This document shows positions 1 to 28,800 of a stretch of DNA of 61,304 nucleotides, piece after piece; the stretch's first letter is position 1; each line of letters opens with the position of its first letter. The stretch is from assembly GCA_033442325.1 (NCBI GenBank), contig JAWQFM010000010.1:96104-157407 (forward strand). Reading direction: 5' to 3'. The translations under genes and the position numbers were made by a program. The stretch comes from Salpingoeca rosetta. Taxonomy: Eukaryota; Protista; Choanoflagellata. The notes beneath the pieces are model-generated. The model was not told the origin of the DNA, ran no database searches, and worked only from the letters and a program-made list of their open reading frames with translations.

Positions 1-467
1 ACAAACAGCACACACACACACAAACAGCACACACACACACACAAAGCACACACACACAAAGCACACACACACACACACACACAACGCACACACAACGCAC
101 ACACCAAGCACACACCAAGCACACACACACACACACACACACACACAACGCACACACCAAGCAACCAACCACCGCACCCCACCAATCACAACCAACCGCA
201 ACCAACCGCAACCAACCGCAATCACACCAACACATGCGCAAGGCAGCGCAGCGCCAGCTTAGCTTACTTCATGGAGACGCGAAACACGGCCGTTGTCTCT
301 GGCATGGGCTTTGATGGCCGCACCAGCGCCATGGCAAAGTTGGGCAGGAACACACGCACCCCACGCACCGCCGACAAGCTCATATCCGTGGTTGCAGCGT
401 GTTGTTGGCGATTTGTTGAAAATGCCCAACAATTTTCAGCAGCAGCGCAGGACCACTGACAACAAAG

Positions 468-3481
<3,014 letters not shown>

Positions 3482-3823
3482 TGCGATGGCGTTTGTCGCT
3501 GTCAACAATCATGGCGCAAACGCGATTGCTGTTACAACGATCTGGGGGCATGGGCGCTCTACTGTGTTTTGTTTCTTTCGCTCTCCGTCATCGAAAGTGC
3601 CGCGCTTCTTGCTCGCTGCTTGAGTTATTCGCTTTGTCGTTTTGTTTTGTGCCACAGCTTGCACAATGTTATGTACTGCGTTGATTGAATAAGATGTCAC
3701 ACGCACATCAACAAGAACGAGCAGAAGTTAAACCACATGACACGAATGCAGTGAATGAAGCAAACACACATACACACACGCAACACAAGCGCAAAACCAG
3801 GCCATAATTGCACCAATATCACA

Positions 3824-9264
<5,441 letters not shown>

Positions 9265-9610
9265 CGTGACCACCAGCAGAGACAACAGAGACAACAGATG
9301 AAGAGGTAGGTGTGTGGTGGGAGGTGTGTTGTCTTTGGTGTTCTTCTTTGTTGTTCGGCTGCGCGGTGGTGTATGCGCTGATTGTTGCTAACAGACGCCA
9401 ATGTCAAAATTGACTTTGCGAAATGGTCGGAACAAAGGCAAAATTTCCTTGAGAAGAACCACAGCAGAGAGAAACAGACAGACACACACACACACACAGA
9501 CACGCACACACACACAGACACACACACACGCACAACAACACAGCAACGCAAGCACACACGCACACGCACACACGCACAACAACACAGCAACGCAAGCACT
9601 GGCACGGGCA

Positions 9611-16353
<6,743 letters not shown>

Positions 16354-16867
16354 CTTTGTCCTCACAACAACAGCCAACTGTGTGTGTGTGTGTGTGTGAC
16401 GTGATATGTGACGATAGCTTGTCCTGCACAGCAAGCGAGATACAGCAACGGCTGATAAAATGAGCACCAAGCACGCCAAGCAAAAGCAACCACAAGCACA
16501 AGCAACCACAAGCAACCACAAGCAGGGCCTCCTCTGACTTGCACACACACACACACACACACATATTCAGAGAGGACAGGTGGCCAGCGATCTCTGCTGC
16601 CACCGCACGTCACACACCTCTCACACAAACAAACCAAACACACACAACCAACCAACCCACCAACAACCAACCGTCGCAGCAAGAATATGTGCTGCTACAC
16701 TTTGTGGTGTCGCTTATCAGGCCTCGCGACGGTCGCCGCGTCCTTCTTTCTCCACACAACACAACAACACAACCAACACAACACCTCCATCCGGCAAGCT
16801 GGACCCTTCCATCGGCGGGCCTTCCCGTGTACATCTTCGACGGCGCTCGAGCCGGCTATCACACTTC

Positions 16868-19289
16868 ATGTCATCGCTGACGCCATGCTGCTCCTCAACC
16901 AGCACAACCGCGATGGATGACGGCGACGGTGACACCGCGGATGATGGCTGGCCGCACCAGCACGGGCACCACCGAAGCTCGCAGGACGAGCCGAAGCACC
17001 ACCATATACCGTGGTGCCACACTCATCCCCACCACAAGAAGCACAGGCGAGGCGTGTCCCGTGAACAGCTACAAACCATCACGGGCTTGCAGCACTTGTT
17101 TGAAAGCAGCAGTAGCTCCGCAACTAGCAGCCACGACCTGCGCGCCAAGGCCATCAGCAAGCAGCAGTTCCTCGCCGCTTGGCCCATGACAGGGCTGCTG
17201 CCCGCCCGCCTGTTCACGTCCCTCGCAACATCCGACTTGGTGTCGATTCAAGACGTGTTTGGTGCCGTCCGCTGTCTCCTCGGTCGAGCACTCCACCCAA
17301 AGCTGAAGCTGCTGTACAAAATCTGTGACCTCGACGACAAAGGCGCCGTATCGTTGGAGAACCTGCACCATGTTCTGACTGCATGCATGTTACCAGACAC
17401 CAGCCCGCAGCACACCGTGGGCGATTTGCTGATCTCCGCGGAGGCCCTTGCACGCCTGCAGCGGCAGCCGCATGCCTGCGACCATGCAGCCAGGCCAGAC
17501 CGTGCGTCCGTGTCCAGCGAAGAGTTTGGGTGGCGCCACGACCAGGCCAGCACTGACGCCAACACAACCGGCCACGATCACGATGCCCAAAGTGAAGCTG
17601 CTCCAGTCGCTGAAACACAGCACCAGCACCAGCACCAGCACCAGCACCAGCACCAGCACCAGCGCAAGGACCACAGTGAAGTCCACCGCCTTCACCCTCT
17701 TGGCCACGGACGCCGGCAGCGAACTCGTAACGCTGATGATGGTGGTCGCACCGGCCCACCGCGATCACCATTCGTTGGTGACGACGATGGTGACGACGAC
17801 GGCGCAGATGATGGAAACAGCGATACGCATATGGAGTCGTTGTGCGGCGCTGAAACGGTGCCGGGAAGCGTGTTCTTCCCACGTGCACCAGCAGCCCAGA
17901 GCGGCAACAGCGACCACGATCATGATGCTGGTGCTCATGCTCATACTGAGCACGATGACATGAAGCGCGGTGGGACTGCCGGTACAGGTGGTGGTGGTGG
18001 TGCTGATAGCGGTGATGTGGAGGAACATCGGCGCTGGCGAGAGTACGTGTTGGACCGGCGCGGGTTTGCAGCGTGGGTGCAGACGAATCCACAGGTTGTG
18101 GATATGCTGGTGGCTGCCCTCTTGTGCCCCGACAGGCCAAGTCAGTTTTCTCGTGCAGAACGTCATGGTAGAGGCGATGATGGCGAGCATCGCTGTGAAG
18201 ACGCTCATCTCCTGAGCACAAACGAATCGACCACAGCAGGGACGACATTAACTACAAGGCATCAGCACGCACAAGACAGCATCTCCGCCCAACTCACTCA
18301 ACCACCATCGACCAACCGCGGACCTGGCGGTGATACCGCTCGTGATGCTGATAACCACCACCACCACCTCCACCATGGTGAGCCCTCGAGGAATCCAAGC
18401 GCCTCACTCTTCATCCGCATCACCAACGTGTCCGAGCCAGCGAGCCCATCTTCCTCCCCAGTCTCCACCGCACGTCACCACCACCACCAACACCACCACC
18501 AACGACAATCACAGCAGCAGCTCGGCCTTGCGAAGGCTGTGAGTGATTCAAGGCTGTCTGCGCACAACACCGTGCACAGCACGAACAGCACCGCAGCAAC
18601 GTCCCACCTGCCACCACTGCACGTTGCGTCGCGCCACCGCGGTCATCAGACCGCCGCATCGGCGCCGTCATCACCACGTCGTGTCTCGCCAGCCAACGCC
18701 CACCACCACGCCCACATCACCACCTCGTCACCACTGCTAGCAGAGCCAGTGTCACCACCACTACCACCATCCTCGGCAGCGCGCAGTCGCTCGCGCTCTC
18801 CATTTGGCGGAAGTCTCTTCAGCAAGTTGAGGGGGCGGGGTGATGTGGGCGTGGCTGATGGTGGATTGCATCATGCAGAGCGGACGCGCGTGGAGGTGGG
18901 GCAGCACAGGCGCGGCCGTGCCATGGGTGGTGAGGCATCGCAACAGCACCACGCCGCTGATGGCTCGCAAAGTGACTCCTACCCTGATGAGGCAATGCCG
19001 TCCCCGCAGCAGGGGGCTGCTGCTCGTGTGTTCAGGCCGGTCGCTCCCGCCACCGGTCAGCACTCGTCCGCAACATCAGCACCCACCACAACGCACAGCA
19101 GCAATAGCAACAGCGTCAGTAGCAGCAGCACCAGCGGCAGTATGAAGAGCGAGAAGGGGCCACGGTACCGGTGGGAGTGTCTGAGCAGCACGCTTGATGG
19201 TCGTGGGCCGCCACCAATCACAGACACAGCGTGCTGCTGCGTTGCAGACAGATCAGTCTACATCTTCGGCGGCCAAGTCGGGTACGCAG

Positions 19290-19360
<71 letters not shown>

Positions 19361-21370
19361 TGTTGCGTGCGTGTGTGTGTGTGTGTGTGTGCGAGTGGAT
19401 GTGCTGATGCACTTTTTCATCTCCACATCCCACTTCTCATCCTGCCCTCGTGTCCTCCCCTCTTCCTCCTCCAATCAACACCACGCCATCGACACGCCCC
19501 CCCACCCTCCACAAACACCAGTCGGCAGCTGAGCAACACGCTGTGGCAGTATGACCTGATTACGGAGATGTGGCTCAACATGGGGCCACGCGGTCCACGC
19601 TCATCATCAACGCTGTCATCCTCATCGTCAACACAAGCATTCCGCGCGCAGAGCGCTCACAGTCGTACAGACACACACGCACAGCGGCGCGTCGCACCAC
19701 ACCACAGCAGACACACCCCAACAACAGCAGTAACAGCAACATCAACAGCAGCAACAACAACAGCAACAACAACAACAGCAGCAACAGCAGCTCCGACGAT
19801 GACGACGACGACGACGACGAGAGGTGGGGAGCGCCGACGGAGCACGCCTGCCATCGTCGGTGGAATGAGAACGGAGGTGAAGAAGACACTCTGGCCCGGC
19901 CCGTCCCGCGAACACACACTCACAGCCATCGGCCAGCAGATGTACGCAGCACTCCTGTGTATGTGTGTATGTGTGCGCGTGTGCCTGTGTGTGTATGTTC
20001 ATGGACGTGTGTGTGTGTTCATGTGTGTGTCTGTGCGTCTGTGTTTGTGTCTGTTTGTGTCTTGTGTGTCTGTGTGTGTGTGTCTGTGTGTGTGTCTGTG
20101 TGCGTGCGTAGAGAAACGCGTGTGTGTACGTGCGTCGCCCTTGCCCTCCGTCACACTCAGTCTCCTTCTGCGTGTGTATGCATTGCTAACTCCCTCTGCC
20201 CTGTCACCATTCGTGGCGCAGGCTGGTGCTGTTTGGCGGGTACACCTCGCTGAGGTCGGGGGTAACGTGGCTGTTTGACATCCCGGACGAGCGCTGGTCA
20301 TGCCTCACGTGCGTCACAGTTGCACAGCACGAGACACCCACTGCACATGCCCACGCCCTCCTGCTGTTTGATGCACCTGCACATGTCCTGATCTCTGCCC
20401 AGCACTGGGCTGAAGTCGTCTTCAACCACACTCATGTACCCACCTTCACACACACACACACATGTACACATCTTCACACACGCACACGCACACACATGGA
20501 CACGCGCATGTGTACAGTGGGAAGCGATCGTCGCCCTCTGGACAGCGTGAAGTGGTGGATGTGGAATCCACTTCCGCATCTCAGTCGCAGTGGCCGCTGG
20601 CCCGCTGCTCACACTCCGCATGTGTTTGGCAGCGCGAGCACATGATTGTCTTTGGAGGACACATTCACGAATCATCTCAAGTCACCGACCAGGTGTATGT
20701 GTGTGTGTGTGTGTGTGCGTGCGTGTGTGTGCGTGTGTGTGTGTGTGTGTGCTCGGGAGGTTGCTCGCACTCTCTTCGTTTCTCTCAGTGCTTGTGCAAC
20801 AGTGCTGCGTTCACACCATCAAGCAAAGCCACTCATACTCTTTGTGTTGCATCATGTTGACAGCTGTGGATGTTTTCGCCACACGATGGCGAGTGGAAAC
20901 AACTCCAGCCTGCGGATTCGAGCAGCAGCAGCAGCAGCAATCGTCCTTCTCCGCGCATGCAGCACGCCGCATGCACCATCGGGGACCTCATGTACATATA
21001 TGGCGGTGTTGATCGACACAACCACCTGCTCGGTGCGTACGTTGCTGCACGCTACTAATAGTGTTGTTGACATGTCTTCTCATCCTCCTCCTCCTTTTCA
21101 CCCCTGCTGCAGCACGGGAACACTCACTCCGTCACTCCCTCATTCACTCGCCCTCCTCTCTTTGGTTGTTCCCGCAGGTGACTTGTGGCGCCTGGATTTG
21201 CGTTCGCTGCGCTGGTCACTGCTGTCGCCCTCTGCCCGCCCGTCCCCGGCTCCGCGCACCAAGCACACTCTCGTCACAGATGATGCCTTCCTCTTCCTCT
21301 TTGGCGGCTCTTCAAAGTACGCACTTGCTTGCCATGTGTGTGTGTGTGTTTGTGTGCGCGCGCGTGTGTA

Positions 21371-21445
<75 letters not shown>

Positions 21446-22085
21446 CCCACCACACGTTGTCAAACCCCTCCCCCTTTCTCTCCCTGTCTGATGTGCATGT
21501 GCTTGCTGGCCTTGTCACGATCTGCCTCTCCCCAACTCAATTTCCACCGCACTTCATCACCGCCACCGCCACCTCGTTAATCCGCACAGGCACGCGGTGT
21601 CTGCCCATGTGTGGGTGTACAACGTTGAGCAGAATGTATGGACGAAGATGAAGGTGTCTGGAAAATCGGGCAATTGGCCCAAGACTCGCGAGGCACACTG
21701 TTGCTGCGTTGCTTCCTACCACAACGTGAGCTCGCTGTTCCACGTCTTGAGCAAATGGCTGCCATGCTGTGCTTTGCTGTGTGCACTCACTTGTACTCAT
21801 TGACCCGTTGACTCACCCACATACACACACGTACGCTAACACACGCACTCCCTTGCCCTCACTGGCTCATCCGCCCACTCACTTGCGTTCACTCACTTGC
21901 GTTCACTGACGTCCTTGCATTCACCCACACGCTCGCTCACACACCCGCCCACTCCACTTCACTGCGTGCATTGCCAGCGCGTGCCGCATCTGCTCGTGCT
22001 ATTTGGGCGCCACCCCCACGGCGGTCGTTACAGTGATCTCTGGTCCCTCAACTTGCGCCCTTCAACCAGGTGGGAGTTGCACTGA
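16868..22085 (+). CDS. EF-hand-like N-terminus, long His/Ser-rich disordered linker and six-bladed Kelch beta-propeller
   Basis: NCS/calcineurin-B-like KLKLLYKICDLDDKGAVSLENL. Kelch blades YIFGG, PGPSREHT..LVLFGG, PLARCSHS..IVFGG, PSPRMQHA..YIYGG, PAPRTKHT..FLFGG and WPKTREAH..LVLFG..SDLWSLNL, linked across GT-AG introns starting at 19282, 19942, 20309, 20693, 21033, 21317 and 21727. The start could be 16868 or 16913. Confidence 0.8.
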
Positions 22086-22161
22086 CAAGCGTCCATTTCT
22101 CACAGCGGTGTCATGTCTCGCTTTCACCATCACGGTTGCTCACCCTCAACATCCCTAACAC

Positions 22162-22225
<64 letters not shown>

Positions 22226-22542
22226 TTGCAGACGCGCGACAACGTTGCTTGTTCCCGTCAAGTGACATCATTTCATGTCACCACATACTTCAACGCCACA
22301 CAAGTTGCTGCTATCATGTTCCCATTGCCCTCACTCCTTTGAGTGAATTGTATGCGACCATTTGTTATTTGTTATTCGCCCTGTCTTCACTGTATTGGTC
22401 CCCTTCTGTGTCTCCGTCCGTCCTTCCTCCCTGCATGATTGTTTCTTCTTGTATCTGTTCATTCGTTCATGCATTCGTTCATGCATTCGTTTGTTCATTC
22501 TAGGAGCAGCAACCAACACAGCGCACTCAAACAAGATCAGCT

Positions 22543-22548
22543 AATAAA
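22543..22548 (+). terminator. Candidate AATAAA polyadenylation signal of the Kelch gene
   Basis: AATAAA ~460 nt after the stop, in the convergent intergenic region. Confidence 0.4.
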
Positions 22549-22766
22549 CGTGCACACATCTTGTCAAACAAGCGTCAGCCTCCACTCAACAAGGCAAGGG
22601 GCAAGTGAGCAAGAACATGGTACAGAAAGAGGGTAATGTAACAACAACAAGATGGCGCGCCGCAATGTAACAACAATCAACGCAAAACCATCAATGAAAG
22701 ACACACTCCCTAGCACGACAAGAACGGACATTCCAACTCAAAGAACCCCCACAACCCCACACTACG

Positions 22767-22768
<2 letters not shown>

Positions 22769-22819
<51 letters not shown>
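22769..22819 (-). repeat. (TGA)17 microsatellite whose first unit is the channel stop codon
   Basis: Plus strand reads (TCA)17 ending at 22819. Confidence 0.9.
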
Positions 22820-25800
22820 CCGCATGCGTCCAGTCTTGAGCGCAGAGAGCTGCGCGAGAATGTTCTGAAGCGCCTTCTCTGTGGACGCAGCAAATTGGTT
22901 GAAGGCAAACGCCAATTGCTGAACATCTGCTTCCACGTGCACGTCGTCCGTGTCAAAGCAGAGCGCCTTGTTCACGGGCATCATGGGCCCAATGGTGTTG
23001 GTCGTGTCCCACTGGCGCGCAATCTCAATCTCCACGCCCGTCAGCGGTTTGTGCGTCCGCCGCTTCTCCAACACGCGCAGGATGAGCCAGATGTAGTTCC
23101 AGACATTGTGGTCCTTGATCACGTGGCCCTCAAAACCCGTGTCGTCCGATGCCTGGATCTGGTCGCGGTTGAAGTTGCACACGAAGCACCGGCTCTCCTT
23201 CTCCGCAGCGATGGCCTCCGTCTCGGCACGGTACTCGCCAAACGAGTCAATGATGATACCGGAAACAATCGCAGCCATCACCAGCACAATCACCAGGAAG
23301 TAGAACAGCGCATACACAAACTCCCACGTGGACGCCTCCGAGCCAAACACGGGCGAGGAGTAGAAGCCGTAGTACAGGTGGTCCTTCAGGCACTCAGACA
23401 GCGGCTGGTCCCTCCTGCACGCAGCAGCAGAATCAGGAAACTCATACTTGCCAGCAAACGCCTCCCGCCCAATGAGGGTGAGGGCATAGATGATGAAGAA
23501 GGTCAGGACGAACGTGCCAATCAGCTTGGACAGGTTGACGCGAACCGCTCGCAGCACAAGCGTCATCACCTCAACGCGCAGCACCACATCAAAGAGATGG
23601 AAGCAGAAGAACTGAAAGTGTGAAATCCCCACAGCGCTCAGAATCAGGTACAGCACATAGTAGGTGTAGCTTGCGTGGAACACCCAGTGGATGGGGAAAA
23701 GCAGAATCTTCCTCGTCAGCGACAAGCCCTCGCTTGCCTCGTGCCACCGCTGTATGTCCACGCGCAGCGGCGCCAGCGACTGCCCAGCAATAATGAGCGC
23801 AGCCAGCGCGGTGTGCACGGTGGCGGCGGTGCGTGGTATGGCCTGGTCTTCTGGACGCTTGGGTGGCGGTCCAAACACAACCCAGCCGTTGATGAACAAG
23901 GCGAGGAGGAAGCAGCACAGCAGCAACACGCGCTGGTGCGACACAATGCGAGACAGCCAGTAGCTGCCGGCCTTGTTCTCAAACTCCATGACTCGAATCA
24001 GCAGTGGCGCCTCGTCAAAGAAGGTGTGCAGCCGCTGTTCGGGCGTCAGCAGCACGCTGTTGTTGATCATGGCACTCCGCAGCTGCCGCACCTGCAAACG
24101 GTCCTTGGTCTGGCGAACAACGTCCGGGACCTGCATGTACACGGGCTGCAAGCTGCCGTTGTGCACCAGCTCCACCCGCGCCACGCGCTGCCGGATTGAG
24201 GGCGCCGCCTTGTCCTCCCACGCCATGAGCAACCGCGCCACTCGCGAGCCCTGTGCATCTGCCAGCTCGCTCAGCATGCGCATCATCATGTAGTACAGCA
24301 GCGCCACATCTTCATCGTGGAATTGCGCCTGTTTTGGTACGAGCGACACGGCCTCAAACGCTTGGTTTCGCTCATTCTTGTTCTTGCGGCGCTGCTGGCG
24401 TGCGCTCACGTAGTGCTCGTTCAGCATCCGGAACATGGCACACTGCTTGAAATCGGTGCCCTGCGCTCCCGCGTTCTCCGGGAACAGCTGCACACACAGC
24501 ACGTCCAGCACAGAGTCCTTCTTCAGCCGCCCTTCAAGCACGCTCAAGAGAAACTGCAGCACGGCCGCCTCGCACTGCTCGTCCAACACGTCGAGCGCCT
24601 CGGCCAGCTGCCGCGCCCCGCGTGCAGCCATCAGGTGCTCGCTTGTCAGCAAAGCACGCGCCTGTGCGATGTCATCCTCATCGTCGCCATTATTGTCGCG
24701 TCCTGCGCCTGAAACAGCGCGGATGCCACTGGCAAACGCAGCGCCAAAGCCAAGACCAGCAGCAAAGCTGCCCTGCCGCTTAGGCTTCTTTTCCTCGGCG
24801 GCCGCGCTGTTTCCGTCGGCACTGGTGTTGTTGCCATCCGCGCCATCACCGTAGTCATAGTCTACCTCCTCGTCCTCCTCCCCGCCCTCTTCTCCACCGC
24901 CAGCATTGTCGACGTCGCTATCACCCTCATCATCGAGCAGGCTGTCGTCGTGTGCGTCTTCCAGTTCAAGCTCCTCCACGCCCTCGTTCTCCGCCATCAC
25001 GCTGGGGCCGCGAATCAGCGTGGAAAGCTTGCTGCTGCGCTTGCGCTGCGTTTGCGGGCCACCGCCCAAGCCAAACATGCCTCGTTTCTGCTCGGAGTCA
25101 TCAAACAAGGCATTCCGATCAATGCCAAAGTGGTCGCACCACGAGTCCAGCGTCTCCAGCGCTTCGTCGCACTGCGCGTTGAGCGTGAAGAGGTTCACAT
25201 TCTCATTGCGATGAATCGTGCTGCTGCGCTTCAGGCCCGAGTGCGACTCTGCGTGTGACGGCACAGACCGGCGCGGCGCGTGCTGGGCGTCCGGGTCGTT
25301 GAGATACTGCAGGAACAGCAGCACGGACTTGGTCGCCTTGTGCTGCAGAATCAATGTCTGGTTGTCCCTGTTTGGTCCACTGGCCAGCGCGCCGAGTGCC
25401 CCAAACAGCTGCTGCATGAACGTGATGTCGTTTGCTTCGCGCCTCAGGTCATTGTGCAGGTGCAGCACAGCGTCGGGCTTGCCCTCCTCGCACGAGCTTC
25501 CAATGGGCGCGCTGCTCTTGGCGCGAACAATGTGGTCCATGCCCTGCACCAGGCGACCAACCTCGGAGACAACGGCCGTGCCCTGGCCCTCCGCAGACCG
25601 CAGCAGGTTCTGCATGTCACGGTAGCAGCCGTCGCACGTGGCCTCGATGAAGCCGAGCACGCGCGTGCCAATCGCCATGTCCAGGTCCTCGGAGTCCTGG
25701 TTTCGCTTTAGCCGCTGCAGCGGGCCCTCACGCTCGCGCTCCGCCAAATCCGTCACCATGCCCTGCAGGTGCCGGTGCAGCGCTGCCATGCCCCTGGCCG

Positions 25801-28800
25801 CCTTTGGACCAGACTCAAGCGCGCGATAGAACACCTCCTGCGCACAGAGGCTGCGGTTCCCGCTCACGCCGCTGGGGCCCTGGCGGTCGGCAGCAGCGTC
25901 GGGCTCGTCGTTCACTTCAAACACGCGCGGGGTTGCCTTGAGCAGCTGCCAGCCGAGCTGGCACGCCATCAGCACCAGGCGGCGGTCGTCGGAGTCAAGC
26001 AGGTGCAGCACCATGTCTGCTGCGCCCATGCTCAGCAGGCACGATGCAATGGAGGTGGCCTCCTCGTTGCTGGCCGCCGTCTTCTTGGGCGACGTCAGCA
26101 GGCTGCACAGCATGCCCAAGAAGCCAAGCATCACATCCTCCACCTCTTCCTCATCCACATTTTGGAACCCGTCACCGCCACCGCCACCAGCACTACCGTG
26201 CTCCTGGCTATCCTCGGGCGCGTCAATCGTGTTTGGGTCATCACCAAACGCGATAATGCGTGACAGGCACTGCTGTACATCCACGGTCACGTCCTTCACG
26301 GTGGGGCGGGCAAGCGTGTCCAAGAACCCAGCAGCGAGCGATCGGCTGGAAACGTTGCCCTGTTGCCGGCGCGATTGCCGTTCCTCAGCCCTCAGGGCGT
26401 CCAACAGACCCTGTGTTGGCATCTCGCCACGCTCGTCGCGCAGCTTTTCTTCCAGTGCCTCCAACTCTTCCTGGTCCTCTTCGATTTCGCCCAGCAGGCC
26501 TGACCTTACAACATCAATCAGGCCCCACATGCCGCCGAAGCTGAGCTCAACTTGCATGAACCGCATCCAGGGCAGGGTGGGCCGCTTGCTTGACTTGGCC
26601 AGCAGACGACGCACGCGCCCACGGAAACGGTCGAGGCGCGCTGTCTCTGCGTTTGCCTTCCACGCAGCGCGCGTTTGCCCTGGCCCGCTGCTGGACAAAC
26701 CGTATGTGTTTGGCTGAGAGAAGAAGCGCTGCTCTGTGATAATGCATGCGGGGATGTCCGCATCCGCCTCAAGCACGGCCAGTTCTAGTGTTTGATCGAG
26801 CACATGCACGGCAAGCATGCGGTGGCCTTGAACAACAGCACACGACATGTCTGCCTCCACCACGTTGCGCCGCTGCCGCAGGGCGTCGAGCATGGCGGTG
26901 AGCAGGCGTGAACAGGGCCCGGCGAGCGCCTGCATGGACGGGTCGTTGAGGACGTGGCGCGAGAGGGCGCGGCACACGTTGAGTGCGGTGGGCAGCAGCG
27001 ACTCAAACAGGTACTTGTCCAGCTTGGTGATGCTGCAATGCACGGAGGCGAGCGATTGAAGCTCAGTTGCCAGCGGTATGCACAGCATCTCCCACGTGTC
27101 GACGTTGTCGTTCCCGCCGTCACCACTGCCATGGGCACTTTCTGCGCCCACCTCATCGCTGGGCTCCAGCTCGGCCTCCAGAGACTCCTCAGTCAGGTAC
27201 ACGTCACGCATCAGGGTGAGCAGGCGGGCCTTGAGCGTGACGGGCAGCGCCGCCCCATTCACAAACGGCTGCACCAGCACTGGCAGGGGCACAAGCTTGG
27301 ACACGAGCGTGCCAATCTTCGAGTTGGCGCGGGCGAGGGTGGCCAGCAGCGACAACAGCTGCTCAAAGTACGCGCACAGCCGCTCTTCCTTGCGAGAGAG
27401 CACAGAGCCAATGGTGTTGAGCGTTGGGATCGAGCCGTGCAGGTCCTGGCCAGCCTTGGTGTACGTGGCGACCAAATACGCAACAAAGTGCACCCCGGCA
27501 GTATGTGCCGGGTAGAGGTATGCCTTGTCCTCCTCGGCGCCCAGCAGCTTCTCGCCAATGGCCTCCTGCATGTCGCGCGACGGCGTGCCCGCGGGCGCAA
27601 CCAGCGTCTCCAGCAGCTGCACAAAGGCCACGGTGCGGCAGCGGGGCTCCTGCATGAAGCAGGTGAGCAGCGGGTCGACGTTGCCCTCGCCAACGACGTG
27701 CTCCTCAATCAGCTCGGGCTGCCCATCGAAGATGCGGTGCAGCACGCGCTCGGCGTGGATGCCGTATGTGCACGCCTCGACGAAGAAGGCGATGTTGCGC
27801 GGGTGGCTCAGCAGCTCCTGGTTGTTTCTGTTGTCCCAGCAGAAGAAGGCAAGGAACTCAAAGCACGAGCCAAAGAACTCCTGCACGCGCTCGCTCTCCA
27901 GGGCCTTCTTGAAGGTGGCACCCGACAGCCGCTGCTGCACCAGGTTCAGCACGGCCTTGTATGCGCTGGCGTTACGCATCATCTCCTGCCGCCCATGCTG
28001 TGGCTCCACCACCACATCTGGCTGGTTCCAGGGCAGCGCTCCACGCCGGCCACCACCGCGTGTTGCTCCTGGTGCTGCTGCTCGTGCTGCTGTTGTTGTT
28101 GTTGTTGCTCCTGGTGCTGCTGCTGCTGCTGCTGCTGTTGTTGTTGCTGCTGTTGCTGCTGTTATTGCTGCGGGGTTGTTGAGGAAGTCTGAGGCTGGCT
28201 TGTCGTTGACGGTGACACACTCTGCGCACATCCATTGGATGTCCTTGGTCAGGTTTCTGGCGACAGTGGGCAGGTCGTCGTTGTCCTGCTGCTTGAGGAT
28301 GAGCATGAGCTCCTCCAAATGCTCCAGCGTGGCCTCGTCTCTGCTGTCGGAGATGACCACCACATTTGAGAGGCGCGCCAGCAGGCACCCCTTGATGTTG
28401 AAGTTGCGGAGGAGGAGGTTGAGCGCCGCAACGCGCAGGCCGTCGCTCGGGTACACGGTCAGGGCCAGTAGCAGGTGCGCGGCCTGCTTGCGGGTGAAGC
28501 CCTGGTACTCGAGGAAGTGGTGGTTGTCGCCCGTCTGCTTGATGATGTCAATGTCAAGCAGGGAGCGAGTGCTCTGCTGCTGTTGCAGGTCTGCTCCACC
28601 TTCATCTCCCTGCTGCTGCTGCTGCTGCTGTTGCTGCTCTTGTTGTTGCTGGCGGCGCTTGCGCCCCTTGCGCTTGTTCTGCTCGCACTCCTTCTTGTAG
28701 GCGTGCAGGAGTTGGGTGACAATGTCGTCCAGGTGCACGTCAACGCACGCATCGAGAATGCGGCAGAGCACCGTCTTTGCGCGCACGACGACGTCAAGGG

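Noticed and set aside
16687-16920. 77-aa uORF overlapping the Kelch gene start
   Set aside because: No recognisable motif and the TSS is unknown.
16580-20278. 1232-aa ORF as a single-exon protein
   Set aside because: Starts at GTG and reads through GT-AG introns; the spliced EF-hand/Kelch model fits better.
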